A stretch of 60,540 nt of DNA from assembly GCA_038087875.1 (NCBI GenBank), contig JAXLNO010002420.1, positions 62,001 through 122,540 on the forward strand, given 5' to 3'. The notes beneath the pieces were generated by a model, which was given only the letters and a program-made list of their open reading frames with translations, was not told where the DNA came from and did not search any database. Within the stretch, counting starts at the first letter, position 1, and each line of letters opens with the position of its first letter. Position numbers and translations under genes: made by a program. This document shows, piece after piece, positions 48,270-60,540 of this stretch. The stretch is from Malacoraja senta. Taxonomy: Eukaryota.

Positions 48270-51200
48270 CTTTCTTTTAAAATCTTTTTATTGTTGTTTT
48301 TCCAAAAAACAAAAACAAAAATAAAACATAAAAAACAGAGCAAAAATAATAATGATAAACATAACAATAGTATTGATACATAGGGATCAGGATTAAACAC
48401 ATTAATAACAGGTATAACCTTATATGAGACCAGTGTCAAAATACACAATGAATATAGACCTCTCGGTCCCTATGTAAATATAGTTAAATCTTTAAAAGGA
48501 AACATAAATGTAAAAAAAAGCAAAGATAAAAAGACAAAAAGAAAAAGAAAAAACAAAACCCCCCTAAACTAAAAAAATAAATAAAAAATTGATAATAATA
48601 AAATAAGAATAAAAATAAAATAAATAAATAAAACAAAACAGAGCAAAACCGAATCTGAACTGAGAAATTCAACAATTTAAGTCTGTTTGTCGTCAAGTCC
48701 GTTCCACCCTATGAAGGTAAAATAATTTTTATAACGGTTAAAGAGGGAACAATTTATGTTGTATGAAAGTGTTCCATAAATGTTCCCCAAGTCTTATCAA
48801 ATTTAACCAAGGGTTCAACAATGTCACTTCTGATTTTTTCTAAATTTAAACATGATATCGTTTCAGAATACCACTGGAGTGTGGTCGGAGGGTTGGAATC
48901 TTTCCATTTAAAGAAAATAAATCTTCTGGCAATTAATGTGGTAAAAGCAATCAACCGATGGGCGGAGTGGGACAAATGAATAGAATCTAACATTGGTAAC
49001 CCAAAAATTGCAGTAATAGGATGAGGTTGTAAATCTATACCTAAGACTACCGAAATAGTATCAACAATTTCTTTCCAATATTTTTCCAAAAGAGGGCAGG
49101 ACCAAAACATATGGGTCAGTGATGCCACTTCAGAGTTACATCTGTCACAGGTAGGATTTATATGACCATAAAAACGAGCTAACTTATCTTTTGACATATG
49201 AGCTCTGTGGACCACCTTGAATTGTATCAAAGCGTGTCTTGCACACATTGAAGAGGTATTAACTAATTGAAGGATCCTCTCCCATTTCTCTATAGATAAA
49301 GACATTTGGAGTTCTCTTTCCCAGTCATTCTTAATTTTATCAAATGTATTTATTTGTAATTTTAAAATCAACTTATGAATAGTCGTTATTAATCCTTTCT
49401 GATAAGGGTTCAACTGTAAAAAATATTCCAAAATTTCGGGTTGATGTGGTAGCGGAAAAAGGGGTAGTTCCTTTTGTCTAATTTGTAAATATCTAAAAAA
49501 GTGTGAATTAGGTAAGTTATATTTATTGGAGAGTTGTTCGAAAGACATAAAACAACCCTCCAAAAACAAATCACGAAAAGCTACTAATCCCTTCCTCTTC
49601 CATAACAAAAAAACTTGATCAGTACTAGATGGTTGGAAGAGATATTTGGATAAAATCAGATCGTCCAAAAAACTTACGAAATTGAAACCGTATTCGGAAC
49701 GTATGTCTTATTATTGGGTTCGTCATATATTTATTCAATCTCGTAATTGTAAAAGGTAACGAGGTCCCTAGAATAGAAGCCAATTATAGCCCTTGTAAGG
49801 AATCACGTTCTAGGTTTATCCATCCAGGGCATTGGGTATCTTCTAAATCTTTTGTCCAAAATGTTAAATAACGAACATTGACTGCCCAATAGTAGAGTCT
49901 AAGGTTCGGCAATGCCAAACCACCAACTTTTTTTGATTTCTGTAGGTATTTTTTACCTAGTCTGGGATTTTTATTCTGCCATATATATGAAGAAATTTTA
50001 GAGTCTATAATATCAAAGAAAGATTTGGCAATAAAAATTGGTATCGTCTGAAATAAATACAGAAATTTAGGTAAAATGAACATTTTAATAGCATTGATTC
50101 GGCCAATTAAGGATAAGGACATTGGTGACCATTTAGTGAACTGATGTTTAATATGGTCAATTAAAGGAATAAAATTAGCTTTAAATAAATCCTTGTGTTT
50201 CTTGGTGATCTTAATACCTAAATAAGTAAAACTTTCAGTAGTCAATCTAAATGGAAACTGTCCATAACTCGAAACAAAATTATTTAATGGGAAAGCTCAC
50301 CCTTACAAAGATTTAGTTTATAACCAGAAAAACTACTGAATTGATTAAGTAATGCTACTATTGCCGGAATAGATTTCTCAGGGTTAGAAATAAATAATAA
50401 CAGATCATCTGCATAAAGAGATAGCTTATGTGTCTTATTCCCGCGGACAATACCAAAAATATTAGGGGATTCCCTAATAGCAGTGGCTAAAGTTTCCAAA
50501 GCAATATCAAATAGTAAAGGACTTAAGGGACAGCCCTGTCTAGTACCTTGAAAGAGCCTGAAAAAGGGGGATCTCTGATTATCAGTAAATACAGAAGCCT
50601 GAGGTATAAGATATAGCAGTTTGATCCAAGAGATAAATTTTGGACCAATCTTAACTTTTTCAAGTATATTGAATAAGTATTCCATTCTACTCTATCAATA
50701 GCCTTCTCGGCATCAAGTGAGATGACACATTCTGGGGTTTTATTAGACGCTGTATACACAATATTTATTAATCTCCTAACATTAAAGAAAGAGTAACGAT
50801 TTTTAATAAAACCTGTCTGATCTTCAGAGATAATTTGCGGTAAAATCTTTTCCAATCTCATAGGTAATATTTTGGAAAGAATTTTAAAATCTACATTTAA
50901 CATTGATATAGGTCTATATGATGTCACTTCAGTAGGGTCTTTATCTTTTTTTTAAATTAAAGAAATAGAAGCTTCATAAAAAGATTGTGGTAATCTATTC
51001 CTTAAAAAGGCATCTTTAAATACCTTGCATAGCCATGGAGACAATAAATTTGAGAAATACTTTAAAAATTCTACTGTAAACCCATCTAAACCGGGAGCTT
51101 TACCAGAATTCATTGAAAAAATTGCTTTCTGTATTTCTTCTTCCGTGATGGGTTCATCTAACAACAGAGACTCATTGTATGGTAAATTTGGTAAGTTCAG

Positions 51201-53450
51201 TTTCTTTAAAAACTCATGCATTATATTGGAATCTGTAGGAAAATCTGATTGGGATAGGGAGGTATAAAATTCCTGAAAGGATTTATTAAGTTCGTCATGG
51301 TCTACAGTTACTGTACCATCCCGTTTACTCACTTTAGTAATCTGACGCTTGGCCGACACTGCTTTCAATTGATTAGCAAGTAATTTACCAGATTTTACGC
51401 CATTTATATAAAATTTACTTTTGGTTTTAAGTAACTGGTTCTCAATCGGTGATACTAATAACAAATCATATCTCAATTGAAGTTCAACTCTATTCTTATA
51501 GAGCTCTAAACTAGGAGCTTTTGAATATTTTTTATCAATTTCTTTAATCTCGTCAGCCAATGTGCGTATTTCTTTTTGTGTTTGGTTTTTTAATCCCGCG
51601 GAGTATGAAATAATTTGTCCACGAATATATGCCTTAAAAGCATCCCAAACTATACCATTGGATATCTCTTCATTAGAGTTTGTCAAGAAGTAAAAAGCAA
51701 TCTGATCTTTCATAAACTTAATAAAGTTTAAGTCTTGAAGCAGAGTAGCATTAAATCGTCATTGTTTAGCACTAAACTTTGAATCAGGTAGTTTGATCAA
51801 TAGTTTCACTGGTGCATGATCAGAAATAGCAATTGCATCATACTCACATGAAATGACCGATGGAACTAGCCGAGAATCTAGTATAAAATAGTCGATCCTA
51901 GAATAATTATGATATACATGAGAGAAAAATGAAAATTCTTTGTCATTTGCGTGTAAGAATCTCCAAATTTCTAACATTCCCGAGTCAAGTAAAAAATAAT
52001 TAATAAAATTAGCTGATTTATTTGGAAGCACATGATCAGATGTAGACCTATCAATCGAGGGATTCAAACTGCAATTGAAGTCTCCACCCATTATTAAAAA
52101 GTGTTCATTTAAATTAGGAAAGGATGCAATTAACTGTTTAAAAAACTCAGGGCGATCAATATTTGGTGCATAGACATTCACCATAGTGACTTTTTGCCTA
52201 TAAAGGACACCGGTAATCACCAAGAATCTGCCATATGGATCAGAAATTGTTTCATAGTGAACAAACGGAATTGAGGGGTCAATAAAAATAGAGACTCCTT
52301 TCACCTTAGCCTGTGAATTTGAATGAAACTGCTGTCCTCTCCAAAACTTGAAAAATCGTGACTTGTCGTCTTGCCTTACATGAGTTTCCTGAACAAAGAT
52401 AATCTGAGCATTTAGTCTGTGAAGAACTTTTTTTTAAAAATCCTCTTAATGGGATGGTTCAAGCCATTCACATTCCATGAAAGGAAATTAGTAAAGGCTC
52501 TGTCTTACCTGTTTGCGGTCATCGGCGGTGAAGCGCGGCGTCGCCGGTAGCGGGGACCGCGCGGCAACGACGAGAGCGGCGAGCCTATCCACCGGAGCGC
52601 CGCACGGATGCTGCGCGGGGGCCGAGTTAATTCAAACACGGCGGGTCCCACGTGCTTGCGGTAAGTAAAAAAAAGGGCGGGCCGACTGCGATGACGTCGG
52701 CCCGCCGCACGTGACTCACGAGCGGCGGCTGTGGCGGCGGCCAACCTGATCGCGGCGCTGTAGCGGTGGCTGTGCCTGCGGCCGCGCAGCACACGTGCCT
52801 CACTGGCGGCGGCACTGCCTCACTGGCGGAGGCTGTGGCAGTGGAGGTTTGACGCACGGCGCTCGAGCCACACTGGCGGCGGCCCGTGCGGGCGGCCGTG
52901 CCGCACTCGTGCATCACTGGTGGAGGTTGTGCGGTGAGTATATAGTTTTCGACATTGTCGATTTTATTTTAGCACCGTGCGGTGTTGGGAACACCGCCGC
53001 ACGGCCCCGGAATTGTACGTTCTCACGAGTGCGCGGTCTATGGCGGCAGATTCTTCCCGTTTCGCCGCCAATGACCGCAGACTCGTGAGACAGGCCTTTA
53101 ACTTTATCCATATTGCTTGTAAAAATCATGTGGGATGTAATGGGTTAATTTTTTGAAGCCTAAAAGTTCATAATACTGGAAGAAGAAAAATCTAGGGCGG
53201 AGTCAGAAGTGACGACATTACAGACAATTTTGTAGTTCAGAATTTGCACAAATGGAGATCACTAAATAGGGAACAAAAGACCCCTCCCCCTCCCCCCTCC
53301 CACCCCTGTAGAACCCCAAACTGACCAAAAGACAGTCAGCAATCTACCTAATCCCCTCCCCAATCCCATCTCTCCCAGTAACAGCGCTCAGCATAAAAAG
53401 AATAATATTTAACCACTACGTCATAACACATTCGTTATTATCTCTTTGAG
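48270..53450 (-). mobile_element. Second L1/Tx1-clade LINE: ORF2 with endonuclease and RT, frameshifted; ORF1 not seen; left end is the 3' A-rich tail
   Basis: NFLSWNVNG, QETH, NVYAPN, GGDFNC, SRIDYF and ISDHAP (endonuclease); GKAPGLDGFTVEF, SLDAEKA, GTRQGCPLSPLLF and LYADD (RT); CDRC...HMFWSC. Split across several ORFs. Confidence 0.9.
52495..53098. mobile_element. GC-rich PIF/Harbinger-like MITE inserted at the start of L1 ORF2
   Basis: Imperfect TIRs AGGCTCTGTCTTAC / GTGAGACAGGCCT(T); TAA on both sides; sub-terminal GACCGCA/TGCGGTC also inverted. Confidence 0.7.
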
Positions 53451-53799
53451 AGAGAAGAAGAAAAAAATACAGACTGGCATGGAATGCTGCTTATTATTAT
53501 CCAAGGTCAAGATATGAAAAACAAGAACTGCGTTCTCTTAGTTTGTCTAACGACAGGGGAACACGAATTAACAAAGAAATTCTTAAAAGAATATATATAA
53601 AAGAAAAACAACTCATCCAGTTAAATTCTTAATCATTACCAAACGAAATGTTGTCAAAATAGGAACAGTAAATCTCCAATTATAACTTAATCAGCTATCA
53701 ATTACTCCCCTTCCTCGTCGTAGCTCTTCAGAAGGCTGGAGGCTTATTCCACATAAGACACAATTCCCTGGTCTTTTAGAATATATCCACGCATTATCT

Positions 53800-54520
53800 A
53801 TCAATTCACCACCACATCATGCCTCTTTAATACATTCATAAGGTTAACTCTGTTTCTTGTCATCTCCAAGGGACACAGAACCAGTGATTTCAGCCATTCA
53901 TGGTTAGGCAACACTTGCTTATTCCAGAAATCTCTTCTAGCTGATATCCAATATTAATATATCCTTTCTTAAATTTGAGGACCAAGCTGTGCACAGTGCT
54001 CCTGATATGTCCTTAGCAACATCATGTACCATAATTACAATAGTAACCTACTTTGAATGCTACTCACCTTCTGCGTTGTGTGCTGCATCTACCTGCTGGC
54101 TTTTTGTTTTGCACTCTAAGCACTTGAATCTCTTGTACTCCACTCATTTGCAATCTCACTCCATTTAGATAATAGCTTCCTTTGAATTGCTCTTACCAAA
54201 GTGTGTGAGCACATATTTTCCATCATTAAACACCATTTGCCATGTTTATGTTCATCTAACAAAGAGTCATGGAGCCATATAGCATGGAAGTAGGTACTTC
54301 AGCCTAATGCTCGAAGTTGAACAAGATGCTACATTTAGGTTAGTCACTTTTGCCAGCGTTTGGCCCACATTACTCTCAACATGTTCTATCCATGTACCTG
54401 TCCAAGTGTCTTTTCAATGCTGTTATTCTGCCTTCGCTGGCAGCTCATTCCATACACCCAGTAACCTCTTAGTAGAAAAGGTTGCCTCTCAGGTTCCTAC
54501 TAAATCTTCCTCCTCACCTT
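53800..54520 (-). mobile_element. Decayed CR1-like fragment
   Basis: Reverse complement of CR1 RT and tail sequence similar to 47700-48270 and 60160-60540. Confidence 0.55.
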
Positions 54521-54525
54521 AAACC

Positions 54526-55119
54526 CAGGGGTGCAGTGCTGCCGGAGCTCACCTGAGCACCGATCCGGCACATCTGTTCAAGAAAAAATAAACAGCGTGG
54601 AATTTTAACTAGCGGATGTGTGGTCGGGGTAACCTGATTAAAAGAGGGGTAAGGGGAAGATCCATCACTACTGAGGTTCCCTGTAGGAGGGGGGAACACT
54701 ATGATGCAGCAGAGACAGACCATGTGATGTGTGCATCATTTGTGGTTGTGGGCCTGGAGCTGAGCCTGGAACGCTGGTGGGTGGGTGAGTGGGTGGGTGT
54801 GTAGGTGAATGGGTGTGTGTGTGAGTGTGTGTGTGTGTGTGTGAAGGCCCAGAGCTGTGGGATAGTCAGGGCGAGTCGGTGTCTTGCCGGCACCTCTGTA
54901 AAAATACATGATAACTGTATTTTTCTTTACTTGCTTCATAATTATATTTCATGATAATCAGTGAGTGCAACCGTGCAATTTTTTGTCATAATTAAATTAA
55001 GTATTACATGTTTTAAAGTACTAGCTATACACTGGGATGTAGTAATAGGCTATAATCTTGTTTGACCCTCTAGGGAGACTAGCTTGCCCCCCCCCCTAGC
55101 AAAATCTGAAATGCCCCTG
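54526..55119. mobile_element. Composite non-autonomous DNA-transposon-like repeat containing the single-copy form of the 20916-21750 minisatellite unit
   Basis: CAGGGG...CCCCTG ends. 54598-54760 matches 20855-20945 and 21755-21810 with one unit in between. No TSD found. Confidence 0.5.
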
Positions 55120-55419
55120 TTTGACAGCTCCGACACCTAAAAAATTAGCATTGAACACTGCTTAAACCTGTTTTTGCTGGTTCTTGATTACCCTACCCTG
55201 GGTAAAATAAATCCTGATCAATCGCCCTCATGATTTTAGAAAGCTCTCTAAGCACCAATTAAATGGTTTCAATTATAGATAGAGTAAGACTTTGTGGTCA
55301 TTTCCAACAAGAAGTTTAGACTAAAGAAAGGCCAGTGGAAGTACTTGGTCAAACAGCATCTGTGGAGGCAAATGACATATACCAACATTTCAAGGCAAGG
55401 CACGCATTAGAATTGAAGG

Positions 55420-55830
55420 AGAGGATGGGAAGATTCTAACAGTTTGAAGGAGGAATGGGGCAGAGGCTGGTAAGTGGCAGGTGGAATCAGCTGGGGAGGG
55501 GATGATGGGCAGATGGAGCAAAGTTGGTGTATGGGTGGTTGTGGGAGAACAAATGAACACCAGTGGTATGGATAAGCTGAAATGTGAAAACTTTATATTC
55601 ATACCATCGGCTTGTAAGTTACCCAGGTGGATTATCAGATATTTTACTTAAAACTTTCTGTGCCCAAGGTTAACGACAGATGGGTCAGTGTGTGAGTGGG
55701 AAGGGGTATTAAAATACCATACAACAGATCTCAGGATGATCTTTACTTCAAAGGGATGTGCTGTACAAAATGGTTGACATCTAAGCTAGTTTCTCCACAG
55801 TGTGAGCAATGAATGCAGTAGAGAAAGTTG
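55420..55830 (-). mobile_element. Old Penelope-like GIY-YIG remnant
   Basis: Degenerate similarity to 15600-15960 (ATTCATACCATCGGCTTGTAAGTTACCC...). Confidence 0.5.
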
Positions 55831-58597
55831 AAAGAGGTGCAAGTGAACCTCTGTCTCATTTGAACAGATTATTCTCCTGTTCCTCACCTCTTCCTCCTCC
55901 TCTCCTACCTGTTTCCATCTACCCATTATCCTCTCCCCACCTGGTTCTACGTTTGATCTACCAGCCTATTCCTCCCTGATTGCTATATATTGGCAATCCA
56001 TCCTCTTCCCTCACAGGTCTGGTGCAGGTTCTTGACCCTATTTGTGACATCAACCATTTGTCCCAATAACTTGCTTGAGCCATTGAATGCTTTCAGTCTT
56101 CTGTTTTTAGTTGCAGATTCCATTAGCTACAGTCATTATTGGATAGAATATATGTTGTTTTAACACTGCATTTAGTCTGAGACACAGCACCAATAAATGT
56201 TGTTACATAACGCTTGGTTATTTGATGATGTCAAAAGTCTTGATTGTTTGTACTTTGTACATTTCTAATCTAATGCAAAGAATTTATCATCCATATGAAT
56301 ATAAAATTATCCACGGTGACTGGTGGTAGAGATCAAGTTCATTTTATGTGGCTCATTTGGTACAAGTTCTGCTCTTGAGATTTCACCTAATAATAGTTGC
56401 CTGTAGAATGTGCTTGATGAATAGACCATTGCGTATAAGATTTTTGGAAATAGATTGGCATGAAATCCAAGTAAACACATTGGATTGCACCCTGTTCTAT
56501 AGTGGCTTCATGTTGCGAAGTAAAGGCAAGATATATGGAATATGCAAGATATAACATGAAAGATATAATATGCAAGGCGCAAAATTAAATTGTTGTTAAG
56601 AAAACTTAAGGCCTCCATTTATTTGCAACAGCATCAATCACAGTATTCTTACGTCAAAGTTGATTTTGTATTTTTTAAAGAATGAATGGGAACAAAATAA
56701 TCAAAAATGAATTGGCAGTCAAAGTAATACAAGGTTGTAGAGGAGACAAGTGTGTAGGAACAGGCCACTCTGCCTATCCTGCCAATACTGGCGCATATAG
56801 GCCACATGACCCTCTTCCCACCTTATGCGATCTGCAACATGGTTGGCAAGTCTATGCTGGATTCTCCAATGTAGAACCGACTGTTCTTTTCTCTTTTGTG
56901 TTTGCCCAGCCTTCCCCTAAATGCAATTCATTGATCTGGATCATCATTCTCACTAGTATTGGGTGGGAGGGGAGGAGAGGGAGCATTCTCTGTAGAATTC
57001 CCTGCTGGATTTTATGGTGGAAATGTTTTCACCATAGTGATTCATTTAAAAGCTTTATGTATTTTAATATCTCCCTTCAGCCACTTCTCAAAGGGGTGGA
57101 GGGCAGGGGGTGGACGACTTACCCAGGGACATTCGATGAATGTGTTTTTGTTTATTTTATCCAAACATTTTTTAATATAGATTAATATAGTATTATTTTT
57201 TTGTATCTTGGGTAAGCACATTGAAATAGCAATGGATGGCGTGTTCAGAAAATTATTTCTGATTTGTCCTCGCTTTGTGAACACCAAACCAATGTATGCA
57301 TCTGCAAAAAGGCATTGGCACCAGGGTGTCGGTTCCCTTTAAGCATCCCAGTTATCATGTTCTTTGATGCAGAGGAAATGTGGCCACGATAAATACAAAA
57401 ATGTTGAAATGCAGAATATAAAAGTAATAGGAATTCAGGCATTTGAGCCTCAACTATTATTCCATGTGATCAGTTGTGACCTAAAATTTCTACCTTGATC
57501 CTTTTATTTCTCTCATCCTTTGACCATACAAATAACATATAACTCCTTGTATAAATTCAATGATCTGTGTTCAACTGCTTCCAGTGGTGTAACATTCCAC
57601 ACCTTCATCATTCTGTGGGAGAAGTAATCGCTCTTCATCTCAACTTGAAGCCTGATCATCAGATTGTGACCACTGGGTCCTGAACTGACCGGATTTCCCT
57701 CTTGAATATATGTATACGTACATATATACACATATATGTGTGTGTGTGTGTATAAATATATATATGTGCACACTGATTTTGTTTTTCTCTTTCTCGTTTT
57801 TCATATTGCTTACCATGTACTGTTTACATATTCCATTGTGCTGCAGTGAGTAAGAATTTCATTGTACTATCTGGGACATATGACAATAAAACACTCTTGA
57901 CTCTCTTGAATCTGTACAGACCCATAAGAATGTTGTAGTTGATTTTGAATGGTCCTAATCACAATGTAAAACTAATTGCCCAAATCGCCCTTCATACATT
58001 AGTCCTCCCATCCCTGAAATCTGATGAACCTTCACAGCACTCCCTCCATAACAAGAACATTCTTCCTAAGATCAGCAGACTAAAACTGCAGATGCCATGG
58101 TCTTGGCAAGCACATTTCTCAGAATAACATGATGTATCTTTAGAAAGGGATAAGGAGGAATCTCTCGTCAGAGGGTGGTGAATCACATATTACGTTCTTG
58201 GAGCTCTGGAAAATTATCAATCTTTGATGGGAAGAATGGATAGGGAGGCTGATCACTTTGCTGGAGGGTTTGAGAGCGGACAAGGAATTATATGCAACGT
58301 GCGTTTGGAATTTCAAGTGTATGGCACGTAGATGTTGTGTAATTGGCTCCATTATGCCCTTAGTGCATTGGAAAAGGTAAACAGGGTTTTCACCTAAGAT
58401 TACATTTTCTGCTAACTGCACTTTATGGTAAGCAAGTAGGCTGTCTTTGGGAAACAATTAGATGATTGAGGGCTCGCTTAGAATAACTGGGAAATTATGG
58501 AGCAGCCTACAAGGATATTTATTGTAGCTAAAGGATAAGTTAAACCTTTCTTTTCTCCGAGACATGCAAGAATAGCTCGGTGCTTGTTTTAATGCAG

Positions 58598-58787
58598 AAT
58601 CTTTGAAGGACAGTGGCTGGGCCCGCAAGATCTCCACACCAGCCATCATAAATAGGAGTCTCCAATGGGCAGAAGACTGTGAGACTTGATGGTATTTGCC
58701 ATGGCTTCTATCATTTAAAACATTGAGCTGAAAGCCATGAGATTCATTGCTTTTTTAATGCTTTATCTTGTAATTTGACATAATAAA
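58598..58787 (+). CDS. Candidate terminal cytoplasmic exon of the class I-like gene (coding to 58689, AATAAA at 58782)
   Basis: Acceptor tgcttgttttaatgcAG. The phase-1 frame reads xSLKDSGWARKISTPAIINRSLQWAEDCET*, in non-repetitive sequence, with AATAAA about 93 nt after the stop. No homology support. Confidence 0.25.
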
Positions 58788-59894
58788 GATAGTCATTTGT
58801 ACCCTTGAAATTTTCTTTCTCCGTTCATTGATCCAAATCCTATTTATGTTTCATCACAAAGAGAGAATTGGATAAACTAATTGTGAGCAAAAACATGCAA
58901 AACTGCAGTCGAAGGGCTGGGGTTGAACAAGTGATTTTCTCCAGTAGAGAGGTGGCATTGGCCTGATAGGATGAATGGTCTCCATCAGCACAGTAAACAT
59001 TTAAATGATCCATTGATTTGTATTCATCATCGTATATCAAATAAACTTAGGGATATGGAAGGAGAAATATTTTGGCCTGTTTATATGGTGCAAAATAACC
59101 CACCCCAGAACAATAAATAGTTGTGAATTTACACTTAATATTATCTGTCACTGAAGCAGAGTGCAGAGGTTCTCAAATTCATTTAAGAAATCGTATTAAG
59201 GTGACTGTATAGAAAATGGTGGGTATTGCTTGGCTGCAAGATGGGAGTAGTATTGTAGTGGTAGTGATGAGGTGTTTTGATGGCAGTGATCATAATTTAG
59301 CATGATTAAAGTAGCAATGTACACTAGGAATGCAGGTTCGCAGCTGAGGTGAAAACATTTCCAAGACTGCAACATAATTTAACAGAAATGTAATACAAAA
59401 TGTAATAAAATAGGGCAATTAAATGGTAACAGTTAACAGATCTCTGGGGATACTAGAAACTGCAGATATTGGATCGTTGAGCAAAACTGTTGGAGGAACA
59501 CAGTGGGTCAGGCAACATCTGTGGGATGGAATGAACCAACAACATTTCAGGCTGGAACTCTTGTTCAGACTGGTGACTTCAAAACTTGTCAGTCGATTCC
59601 CACCACAGATGCTGCCTGACACACTGAATTCTTCATGCACGTTGTTTTTAACACACCAGCTGGAAAGAGTCCAGAGAAGATTTACAAGGAGACTTGATAG
59701 TGGCATTTGAAGTCTTTAGAAAGGCATAGATATGCAGGGAAAGGATGGATATGGAACATGTGTTGGTGGAGGAGATTAGTTCAACTTGGCATCACGTTTG
59801 GAACAGAAGGTGTGGCCCCAAGGGCCTGTTCCAATGCTGAACTGTTCTGCAAGTCACTGAGTCTATGTTCAGGGAGGGTGAGGTTGAGAAGGCT

Positions 59895-60160
59895 CTGAAT
59901 TCAATAGAAAATAGGTGCAGGAGTAGGCCATTCGATCCTTCGAGCCAGCACCGCCATTCAATGTGATCATGGCTGATCATCCCCAATCAGTACCCCGTTC
60001 CTGCCTTCTCCCCATATCCCCTGACTCCACTATTTTTAAGAGCCCTATCTAGCTCTCTCTTGAAAGCATCCACTGCCCTCTGAGGCAGAGAATTTCACAG
60101 ACTCACCACTCTCTGTGAGAAAAAGTGTTTCCTCGTCTCCGTTCTAAATGGCTTACTCCT
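59895..60160 (-). mobile_element. HER1/CR1-like LINE 3' fragment
   Basis: Near-exact reverse complement of the family tail at 1-228. Confidence 0.82.
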
Positions 60161-60540
60161 TATTCTTAAACTGTGGTCCCTGGTTCTGGAAATGTGGCCC
60201 CTGGTTCTGGATTTCATTCCTTAGAGTGCAAAAGGATGGGGTGATCTGAAAGAGGTTTACAAAATTATGTGAGCAATCAATCAGGTAAATGCGCATGAGT
60301 TTTTTGCCCACAATAGGGGACTCGAGAACCAGAGGATATAGATTTACGGTGAGAGGTGGGTGAGTGTGGAGATTTAATAGGAACCTGGGGATAACATTTT
60401 TACACAAAGAGTAGTGGGTATATGGAACGAGCTGCCAGAGGAGGAGGTTGAGACAGGTAATATCATAACAATAAATAGACAATTGGACAGGTACATGCAT
60501 AGGATAGGTTTAGAGGGTTATGAGCCAAGCGTGGGGAGTT
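60160..60540 (+). mobile_element. CR1-like LINE 3' fragment running off the window
   Basis: ...GATCTGAAAGAGGTTTACAAAATTATG...TTTTTACACAAAGAGTAGTGGGTATATGGAACGAGCTGCC matches the CR1 C-terminal coding region. Confidence 0.75.

Noticed and set aside
56682-57185. 167-aa plus-strand ORF
   Set aside because: Partly overlaps a decayed CR1 tail; no motif or consistent splice structure.
57123-57300. Possible minus-strand exon (ttttgcAG acceptor, TGG|GTAAGT donor, open frame ...DAYIGLVFTKRG...FIECPW)
   Set aside because: AT-rich low-complexity translation, no recognisable family, no partner exons; conflicts with an equally plausible plus-strand reading.

Overview
Eukaryotic, repeat-dense genomic DNA, most likely from a cartilaginous fish (skate/ray or shark; inferred from HE1-like SINEs, HER1/CR1-like LINE tails and a shark-type class I protein). 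One host gene is recognisable: a + strand MHC class I heavy-chain-like gene with alpha1 (13092-13352), alpha2 (33653-33928), alpha3 (40738-40997) and transmembrane (44759-44866) exons joined by phase-1 GT-AG introns. Its groove residues look non-classical (T143F, Y159L, D122Y, two extra alpha1 cysteines). The alpha3 exon is frameshifted (probably -7 nt) while the other three exons are open, so it is a pseudogene/null allele, an assembly error, or possibly an alpha3-skipped alpha1-alpha2-TM form. No leader exon was found, and cytoplasmic exons are only candidates. The 20.3-kb alpha1-alpha2 intron holds a nested stack: a SINE tail interrupted by a 10.7-kb Buster-type hAT, which contains a minisatellite, a Tip100-type hAT remnant, an endonuclease-deleted L1/Tx1 with 14-bp TSDs and two small retroelements. 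About 20 short Penelope-related repeats carry a minimal hammerhead-ribozyme-like motif (consensus CTGAAGA-A-GGGT-CTCG/TTCG-ACCC-GAAA-CGTC); several form foldbacks and one has a clean 14-bp TSD. Rex1/Babar, RTE, DIRS, CR1, a second L1/Tx1 and Harbinger-like MITEs are also present. Repeat boundaries are read by eye and approximate unless TSD/TIR positions are quoted.
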